Positions 55,001-64,000 of a stretch of 64,000 nucleotides of DNA are shown in pieces. How positions within the stretch are numbered: the stretch's first letter is position 1; every line of letters starts with the position of its first letter. The stretch lies in NCBI GenBank assembly GCA_015680685.1, contig MNCI01000811.1, positions 112,381 to 176,380 of the forward strand, in the 5' to 3' direction. The notes beneath the pieces are model-generated. The model searched no databases, was not told the origin of the DNA, and was given only the letters and a program-made list of their open reading frames with translations. The stretch is from Gnetum montanum (Eukaryota; Plantae; Gnetophyta). The translations under genes and the position numbers were made by a program.

Positions 55001-57540
55001 TAGGGTGTGGTCATTTACCATCAGTAAATGGTGTAGGTGGAATAGGTGCAAGATCAATTATTTGAGGGAAAATTGGCCCATTAGAAGATCATTCCTCATG
55101 TAACCAACCTCGAACTTGGCAATGCTCAAAGGCTCTTGAAAACTACCTATGGTAGTCAACAAGGGATACCTTCATCTGGTCCAACACTGCGACACGAAGA
55201 ATGGGGCCTACCATGAATGTCTCTAGCGTTGTTCGCACTAAGGAAAGCCCACCATCATCATCATGCATCCCATGTTCATCAAAGAGGGGCCTGCATAGGA
55301 ACACAACATTTACATTTAGATGATGACATAAAATTTAAAACAGAATCACAAGTTAATGTAAGACAAAAGGGAGCATGCCTATCCACTCTATATACTATCC
55401 CAGGTGGATTCTGGAATAGAGTGTGCACATGGAGGGCTAGGAAAAGTGTGTTGCTGCGGTTGTAATGACTACACATAGGCAACTACCACACACGAGTCAA
55501 GGGATGTGTAGATCTAGGACCTTCAGCAGGGCCTCCCACAACCTTGAAAAGTCCTTCATCGATATCAGTGATAAAGGAAAGCATGCCTTGTGTAGACCCA
55601 GGCAACGTTGTCTCAATGATGTCACGAGCCAATTGTTCACTCAGGTGAGACCATATAACCACATTAAAATTTCACAAGATAAATGACAAAAATGAACTGA
55701 CACCAAGGCAAAACCATATCACATGAGACTTGATGCACATGTCATAGGGAGGTATGTTTGGTCCAAAGGGGCCAAACCAAGCAAGTACGCCACTAAGCTC
55801 AACCACGAGAAGAGAAGATTTAGGTCCCCTACATACAGCAAAAACATTAGGTAAGTAAAGAATCTAGGTGCTAACAATAGGTCAAAATCCCAAAAATCAA
55901 AAATTACATAAATAGATAGATACTTTGAATACACAGCTTCACCCCATGAGACAAGGACACCGATATCTATTTAGTGTATTTGACACTCACTGGGGTACAT
56001 TGAAATCCATTTCATAGTAAATCCACACAAAAATACAGAACATGAACACTCACTCAAGCAAGGTTTAAATAATCCATTTTAGGAAAACAAATAAAAGATA
56101 TAAACATGAAACCAACAAGTAATGGGCCTTCCTAGCAAACTCGCAAACTCACGTTGTGGCCAAAGGGCTCACGCTGGAGGGCTCACGCTAGAGGACTCAC
56201 GCTTACCTTCCCTCTCTCACGCTAGCCTTCACAACCCAACGCACACTAACATTCCAAATTCATGAATGCTGGGGCCTGTTCACCCACACGCACGTTGGGG
56301 CCTGGTCAACCGCTCATGCTGGGGGAGCTCACGCTGGTCCTGTTTAGCAAAATCACGCTAAGATTTTCCCTATAACACAGGCCTTCCCTACAATGCAAGC
56401 CTTCTTGGTCCACACTGACTTCACCCCTTTCATTGCCCACATTCATGCTTCCAAGAAGGCTGAAAACCCTACGGCCCAGGGGGTTGAAAATAAAAAACTT
56501 GTAGCTCACGCTGCATGCTACCCCACCCTAGAACAGAAATTTGCAAGTCATGTTGCCCTACCAAGAAACCCAACACGCTCACACTGCCAAGAAATCTAGC
56601 CCAAGAAGTCGAAAAAACCCATAAACCCTGTGATGCAGGAAGCCCCAAAAGTTCACATTGTCCTAAACATTTCGTGGTGCTCATGCCCTAGGCACTCACT
56701 CCCTAAGCACTCATGCGGGCCTTTGTAGATGACTCACACTGATCTTTTAGGCCTGTACTCATGCTAGGACTAGCTCCAACAACCCACATTCCAAATTAGA
56801 GGGTTTGCAACTCATGCTTCCCTAACCTAAAACCTTGTTTTTCATACATTGATGCTAAAAAGAAATGAGAAATTGGCGCTGAAAACTTCTGCAATAACGA
56901 AGCTCACACTATGAGTGAAAAGAAAACTAGCTTTTCCCTACACTCACCCTGGTCTTCCCTTCTCTTGGAATTCACGCTACTGAAAACCAAGATGCCCAAG
57001 AAAGCCACAAACCCCACGGCCTAGGATGCCAAGAAAACTTAAAAACCCAACCCATGCACTCATGCCCCAAGGTTGCATTCACGCTGCTCATGCTGATGCC
57101 ATGAAATCCAAAATTGCAGCAACAAAACCCAAAAATCAGAGGAATTTTACCCTAGGAAACATTGTTCATAAAATTTCAAAGAAGAACAAGAGAAAAAAAA
57201 CTTACCTGTGTAAGGCCCCATCCCACGTTGGAATCCTGGCTTGGGAAAGACGGTGGAGAAGCTCTTCACTCTCCTCCAAGAATGCCATATCTACCTGCCT
57301 CTTCCCCTTGTCTCAGCTTGCCTTTCCTCTACCCTTGTAATTCATGTTGCCTTGCTCACGCTGACACTGACGGTGTAGCTCATGCTGCACTCCTAGCTCA
57401 CGCAGCAATCCAAAGTAAAGAACTCTTTCTAGCACAAAACACCCTTCCTCCACTTCGAAACACCCTTTTAAACCCAAAACATTCTATTTTATTCTCTCTC
57501 ATTTTATTTTTTCTCACTTGATCTTATTTATGTTTTATGT
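52095..57540 (-). pseudogene. B2 antisense multi-exon accessory gene between protease and RT
   Basis: ORFs 53725-54483, 53423-53734 and 52262-52618. Minus-strand donors AG|GTAAG (~57205, ~56206, ~53876) and AG|GTATG (~53193). T-rich introns with YAG acceptors (~53775, ~53093, ~52179). Confidence 0.72.
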
Positions 57541-57889
57541 TAGCCTATAATCCTCATTATTCTAGCCTATGGAGATGAGGCTGAAAATTATCATTATGGA
57601 AAGTTAAAATCAAATATATATATATATATAGTTCAAAAACTCATAAAATTCAAAAATCCCATGAACTTATCATACACACAAAGTTTCAAAAAAATCAAAA
57701 ATGCTCAATGCACTCATGACAAATCAACATGCATATTATCGGCCTGGTATGGCCTTAAACTACCATAATTGCCACTACATCTTCCAATTTTTTCAGTACT
57801 TAGTTTGATTACCCTATGTTCGTTTACACTTTGTAACTCTCCTGCTAAGGGGGTGTCTCTTACTTCGCTCTCATTTTAAATTGGTAGGA

Positions 57890-60800
57890 GCAAACACCAT
57901 GGCCACCAAGAATATCCTCTCAATATTGTCTCTCAGTGGACCATATGGGGAGGTAGAAAGAGCAATCAACCTAGAATTCTTGGATCTAGACCCATCCACT
58001 TATACCAATTTAATAGCCTCCACTCAAGAAACATCAGACTAGCCTACAAATGTGACTAAGACTTTGGATCTAGAAGCTGACAATATCATTGAAGATCCTC
58101 TAGTTGAAATCCACATTACTACAGTCAATGGCGAAGCTAGAACATTGAAATTAAGTGCCCTACTAAACTCAAAACTTGTAGGTGACATCACTCAAGTGTT
58201 AAAAGACAACATAAAAATGTTTGCATGGTCATACACTGACATGCCAAGACTAGACCCCCGAATCATCCAAAACAACATCATTCTCGATGAAAAAATTAAA
58301 CTGGTGAAACAAAAAGCATGGAAGGACAGACCCAAGGTAGCATTGGCCATCCATGCTAAAATCACAAAGCTCTACCAAGCTGGTTTCATCCAGGCCATTG
58401 ACTATTCCGATTAGGTATCAAACATTATTGTAGTCCCTAAGAAGAACGGTAGTATATACATATGCATTGACTTCTGTGACCTTAACATAGCCACTATAAA
58501 GGATAATTTCCCATTACCTAGCATTGATCAACTTATTGACACAACTACTAGGCATGCATTATTATCCTTTATGGATGGATTTTTAGGGTACAACCAAATA
58601 AGAATCAATCTAGAACATCAACTCAGAACAACTTTCATGACACCTTGGGGCACATTTTGCTATACGATGATGCCATTTGGCCTTAAAAATGTAGGAGCTA
58701 CATATCAACAAGCAATGACATATATCTTTAGTGATTACATGCTAAATTTTCTCAATGATTACATTGACAACATCGCAGTTAAATCAAAAACAACCAAACA
58801 ACATGTAAAAGATCTAGACCTAGTGCTTAAACATTGTCTCAAATATGACCTTAGTCTTAATCCAAAGAAATGTGTCTTTGGTGTCAAAATAGGCAAGATT
58901 CTTGGTTTTGTATTTTTTGAAATAGGAATACGGGTAGACCCTGATAAGGTTAAGGCAATAACTAACATGCAACCACCGAAGAACCTTACCGAATTGCGTG
59001 GTCTTCAAGGTATGCTACAATTCATTAGACACTTTATCGAAAGGTTGACAGATAAGTTGAGACCAATGTAGCACCTATTACAGAAATATGTGCATTTCCA
59101 ATGGACCCAAAAATGTCAGGAAGCATTCAAGAACATAAAATAAGAACTAGCCCAACTGTCGATAGTTTATCCCCCTCAAGGTGATAAACCCTTCTATATC
59201 TACCTTGCAACTTCTGATGCTTCCATTGCATCGATGCTTTGTCAAAAATGAAAATATGGAGCCGAGATCCCTGTGTATTACCTAAGCCATGATTTAATTG
59301 CCTATGAACAATGATACAACAACATTGAGAAATCATGTCTTTCCCTCATTTTTGCCTTAAAGAAATGGTAGCATTATCTCTTCCGCAATCAATTTTACAT
59401 CATTTACAAGGATAATGTACTCTATGCCATCACTAACAACATCTATGTGTTGAGTAGGATAGCTAGGTGGAAAGTGATGATCGCAGAGTTTGACCTACAC
59501 TATGTTGCTCAATCTTCCACAAAAGGTCAAGTAATAGTCATACAATTAGCCATCTCGCCAACGCATGATCAAGCAATGGTTAACCCTAAGTTCCCTAATG
59601 AGAATGTCAATAGTATAGACATCATACCTGATAACTACGAGGCAATCCTCTACTTCGATGGAGCTTCAACTTCCTAAGGAGGAAGTGCTACAGCCATTTT
59701 AACATACCCCTCTAGAGAAATCCAGCCCTTCACCTATCGATTGACATTTCCCTGTACTAACAACATGGCAAAATACGAAGGTCTTCTTAAAGGTCTTCAA
59801 GCAGCATTGAATTCAGGAATCTCATGTCTTGTAGTTCGAGGTGATTCGCAGTTAGTCATTAATCAAGTCACTAAGTTTTATGCATGTAAGGCTCTCCATT
59901 TGCAACCGTATTGTGATTTGACCAAACATCTGCTGAGGCAACTAGCAAAAAACCAACATACCGCATGTCCCTAGAGGCGAAAATACCATCACCGATGCAC
60001 TTGCTACATTAGCCTTAAACATGACACCCGAAATGTTTCATGCATTACCTAGCTTTATAACAAGTTATGCCAAGCCTATAATTAACACTCTTGATAAAAT
60101 GCCCATAGCATCTGTTAGCACAACACATGCAGTAGAATGGTACGATGATGTAAAAGAGTACCTTCTACGAGGTGAACCTCCACAACATTTGACAAATATT
60201 CAAAAAGATGCAGTGCGAAAATGCTCTCGGCAATATGCGTTAATAGAAGACACCTTGTGTCGTAAATTGTACGAAGGCATTCTGCTGATGTGTGTTAGTA
60301 GCATTGACGGTCAAACAATTGTAGAACAAGTCCACGAAAGAATTTGTGGAGGGAAAATTGCACCCAAAGCAATGACGATGAAGATTAGGAGCTTAGGCTA
60401 TTACTGGCCACACATGGAGTACGATTTCATCTCCAAGGTTAGAACATGTGACATTTGCCAAAAGCATGGTAACCTAATACATGTACCACCTAACGAATTA
60501 CACACAACACAAATCACATGGTCATTTCAAAAATGGGGATTAGACTTAATTGGACTAATAATGCCATCATCCTCTGTAGGACATAGCTTTATTATCACTA
60601 CAACTGAATACTTCACAAAATGGGTGGAAGCTATTTCCCTTAAGAATACCACTTCAAAACATGTTTGCACTTTCATAATTGAAAATATCGTGACCCATTT
60701 TGGTATTCTGATGACCATCATTACTGAAAATGGGCCATAGTTCAGTAGTACAGATACTAAAAGCTTTTGTGAAAGCCTAGGTATTAAACATGCATTTTCA

Positions 60801-61373
60801 TCACCTTACTACCCACAGAGCAATGGTCAAGCAGAGGCTACAAAAAAGACTGTCATCATGGTGCTCAAAAAGATGCTAAATCAGAGCAAGAAATGATGGC
60901 ATGAACAACTGGTGTACACATTGTGGGCATACAAAACACATCAAATATCTACGGTTAAAACTCCATATAGTCTTGTGTATGGATCTAAAGCTATTTTACC
61001 TTTAGAATTACAGGTTCCCTCATTGCAGATAGCTCTCTTGAGCCTTCTCAATGAAAATCAAAACAATGAACTATACATTGATGACCTTGACTCAGTAGAG
61101 GAAGAATGTGTGTGAATGCTTAATCGAATCAAGTGGTACTAGAAAAAATAGAGGAAATGGCACAAACACAATCTCCTTAAACACCCAATCAAAGAAGGAG
61201 ACCTACTCCTCAAGGCCACCCGTGAACATCCAGACAAATTTTCAGCCAACTGGGAAGGGCCTTACTTAGTCACCAAGGCATACAATAATAGAGTATTCAA
61301 ACTAGCGAACATGGATGGGAACAAGTTTGCTAATCCTACAAATCATTTGTACCTAAAACAGTACTATGTCTAA
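57890..61373 (+). pseudogene. B2 RT-RH-aRH-integrase
   Basis: MFAWSYTDMP, MDGFLGYNQI, MPFGLKNVGATYQ, YIDN (YIDD mutated), YFDGAS..TNNMAKYE..GDSQLV, GYYWP, KWGLDLIG, PQSNGQAE, NWEGP. Confidence 0.95.
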
Positions 61374-61392
61374 TAAACTTGATGTACGTAAA

Positions 61393-62358
61393 AGTCCTAG
61401 CATCATGACTTAAAACTGATACCATAGAAAAGTCTTGGCATTATGACTTAAAAATAATACCACAGAAAAGTCCTAGCATCATGACTTAAAATAATATCAT
61501 AAAACAGTCCTGGCATCATGACTAAAACTAATACCATAGAAAAGTCCTGGCATCATGACTTAAAACTGATACCATAGAATAGTCCTAGCATCATGACTTA
61601 AAACTGATACCATAGAACATTCCTAGCATCATGACTTAAAACTGATACCACAGAACAATCTTGGCATCATGACTTAAAACTAATACCACAGAACAATCTT
61701 AGCATCATGGCTTAAAATTGATACCACAAAAAAGTCCAATCCGCTATGACTATAAACTGGCACAGCTGGTCCTGGCATCATGACTTAAAACTGATACCAC
61801 AAAACGGTCCTAGCATCATGACCTAAAATTGATACCACAGAAAGTCCTAGCATCATGACTTAAAATGGATTCCACAGAACAGTCTTGGCATCATGACTTA
61901 AAACTGATACCATAGAACAGTCCTGGCATCATGACTTAAAACTAATACCACAGAACAGTCCTGGCATCATGATTTAAAACTGATACCACAAAAAAGTCCT
62001 GGAATCATGACTTAAAATTGATACCACTAAACAGTCCTAGCATCATGACTTAAAATTGATACCACAAAAAATTCCTGGGGCCATGACTTGAAACTGGTAC
62101 CATAGAATGTCCTGGAGTCATGACAATAAACCAACACCACATAGCTCTATCCGATATGATGCTAAACTGCCACATCTATCTGCCATGATGTAAAACAAGC
62201 ATCCAGAGTCCACTAAGACTATAAAATGGTTTGCCTCTTTACAGTCCACCATGACTATAAACTAGCAATGCACCATCCACTATGACGCTAAACTGGTGTT
62301 GTCCAAAGGATCATGACATGAAACTAACCTGGGACAGTCTGCTAAGACTATAAACTGG
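61393..62358 (+). repeat. 3'-UTR tandem array: ~19 units of 38 bp grading into ~8 motif-plus-variable-spacer units
   Basis: Unit AGTCCTRGCATCATGACTTAAAACTGATACCAYAGAAM; distal units keep only CC-N-ATGAC-N3-AAACT. Confidence 0.95.
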
Positions 62359-63510
62359 TGACATCATTGACAACCAGGAAAAACTTGAAAAGATGTGTTG
62401 CTGCAATTGGTTGTTCATCTTCCACCAAGACTTGCTGCATAAGTTGTCTCATGGACCCTAATGAGGCTAATGTTGTTCATGATTCTGTCTGCTTTGAAAT
62501 TGCACACGATGGCTCCATCTCCTTGTTTAAAGTGCTTAGTTAACCATTTCATTTGTGTTTTTCTTGTCTTCTTGGAGTTGTGTTTGTAGGATGACACACT
62601 TGAGGCATTCGTGCATAGGTGCACTTCATCGTGATGACAAGCTGTCATATTTTTCTTGATGCACGTAACTGGGTTAATCAAACCATTCATAAGTACATCC
62701 TCGACTCCCAGTACATTCCCTATTTCCCCATCATACCCCCTTATCCTATTCAATTACATCCCCTTGATACATTCCATTTACCTCAAAGCTCTTGATACAT
62801 TGTTGCACACCATGACTCTCTAAGTAGTTGCATAAGACAAAAAGCAAGTGCTCTAACATAAGCACAACACTAAAAGCAAGCTCTTTCAAAAATACCAAAG
62901 AAAACAAGAAAATAAAAACAAAAAGAAAAGAACAAATAACAAAAAATAAAAAGAACAAAAAGGTCAAAGAGCAAAATTCATGAAAAAGGTCTTCATGACC
63001 CCATTCACATCATAAACTAAAGACTATTGGCTATTCTCATACAAGCCCTAGGCAAGAAGGCAATTGTCTTGGAAAATAGTCACACTTGTGTCTCAAAGAG
63101 ACCATGTTGCACATCATCATGTAGCTTTGGCTATTTTACAACGGGCCCCATAAACACTCTATAAGAGTCTCGTTTCTCCAAATAATGCACCTCCTAAGTC
63201 TTGGTTCTAAGTCTGCTAAAAAACGGCTACATACAAGGACCAAAGATAAAGCTCATTCACGTGAAAGCATTCCTCTCCCACAATTCTGGCAGTAAATTTA
63301 ATCCTTGATCAACTCCTAGCCCCCCCCCCCCCCTAGTTACAACCAATCCCCTTGCTATCTTGAACTACATTCCTTCAATCCCATGTACTTTTGAAAACAG
63401 TGTGATGACATCTAGCCAAGGGCCAACGGTTAATGCTTGATGCTTGGTTGTTCATGGTGTTTTTCACTTCTTTATCGACACCTCTCCGGTGGATTCCTCC
63501 AGACGTTAAC

Positions 63511-64000
63511 AAAGAGGGACCAATAAAACACCACTAATTTTGGTCTAACACTTTGAGAAAGAACAACTCACACTTGAGCTTTCGAAGGCAAAATTTGGAA
63601 GAATGCATGTTGGCTTGTCCTAGGGAACTCATGCTGGTTTGTAATTTTCTCGATCACACTGAGGTTACACTAGAAGCATGAGTACAATGTGACTGACTCT
63701 CTAATAGACCCAAAATCAAGTGAGAATGATTTTATTTTCATGGTGTAATCCATCCTTGAAGGCCACCAATGTCTACTTCAAGTTTTAGCATTTGGGAATT
63801 CAAATTTGGAGATAAACTATTCACATTTCCTTACGCACGCTATCACACACGTTGAGGTCATGCTGGAAATGTGAGTGTAGCATGCATAACTTTCAGGGCC
63901 CAAAAATGAGTCAAAATTTCAAAGTGCAAGTCATCATCAAGACTCATTGTTGACAACTTTAGACTTCAACCTCTAAAATTCCAAGAAAATTACAAGTTTT
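63511..64000 (+). repeat. PPT (63511-63519) and B2 3' LTR (63524 to window end)
   Basis: AAAGAGGGA, then TAAAACACCACTAATTT..; aligns with 45955-46180 apart from ~245 extra bp. Confidence 0.9.

Larger units (their letters stand above)
45955..64000 (+). mobile_element. Giant (>18 kb) Tat/Ogre-like element B2, nested in B1
   Basis: 5' LTR from 45955, PBS, gag-pro, 6.5-kb spacer, RT-RH-aRH-INT, tandem array, PPT, 3' LTR from 63524. Confidence 0.9.

Noticed and set aside
61393-62358. CRISPR array
   Set aside because: Eukaryotic retrotransposon 3' UTR, no cas genes, and most units are head-to-tail without unique spacers.
62415-62967. Antisense ORFs in the B2 3' UTR
   Set aside because: Short or low-complexity, with no recognisable homology and no counterpart elsewhere in the window.

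Overview
AT-rich, CpG-depleted eukaryotic DNA made almost entirely of nested, decayed LTR retrotransposons. It is most likely from a large seed-plant genome (the Gypsy gag and linker motifs look gymnosperm-like; this is inference). I found no intact host gene and no intact TE ORF. From left to right: (1) a truncated family-A LTR; (2) a minus-strand Tat-like Gypsy with PROT-aRH-RT-RH-INT order, containing an N-bounded 1.39-kb duplication that is probably an assembly artefact; (3) a complete 5.7-kb non-autonomous family-A LTR element (9472-15143) carrying an intronless CCR4-type deadenylase pseudogene behind a cassette with a tRNA B-box-like motif and a 5S rRNA internal control region; (4) a chromovirus (Tekay-like) pol with a 3-kb LTR; (5) a Copia-like remnant; (6) a related family-A element (27529-~33300) with the same B-box/5S cassette lying between an antisense multi-exon gene and gag; (7) a minus-strand Tat pol fragment; (8) two nested Tat/Ogre-like elements with a spliced antisense gene after gag-protease and family-specific short-motif arrays. 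In the more complete of these two, gag-protease is separated from RT-RH-aRH-INT by ~6.5 kb. All alignments were done by eye, and many boundaries are approximate.
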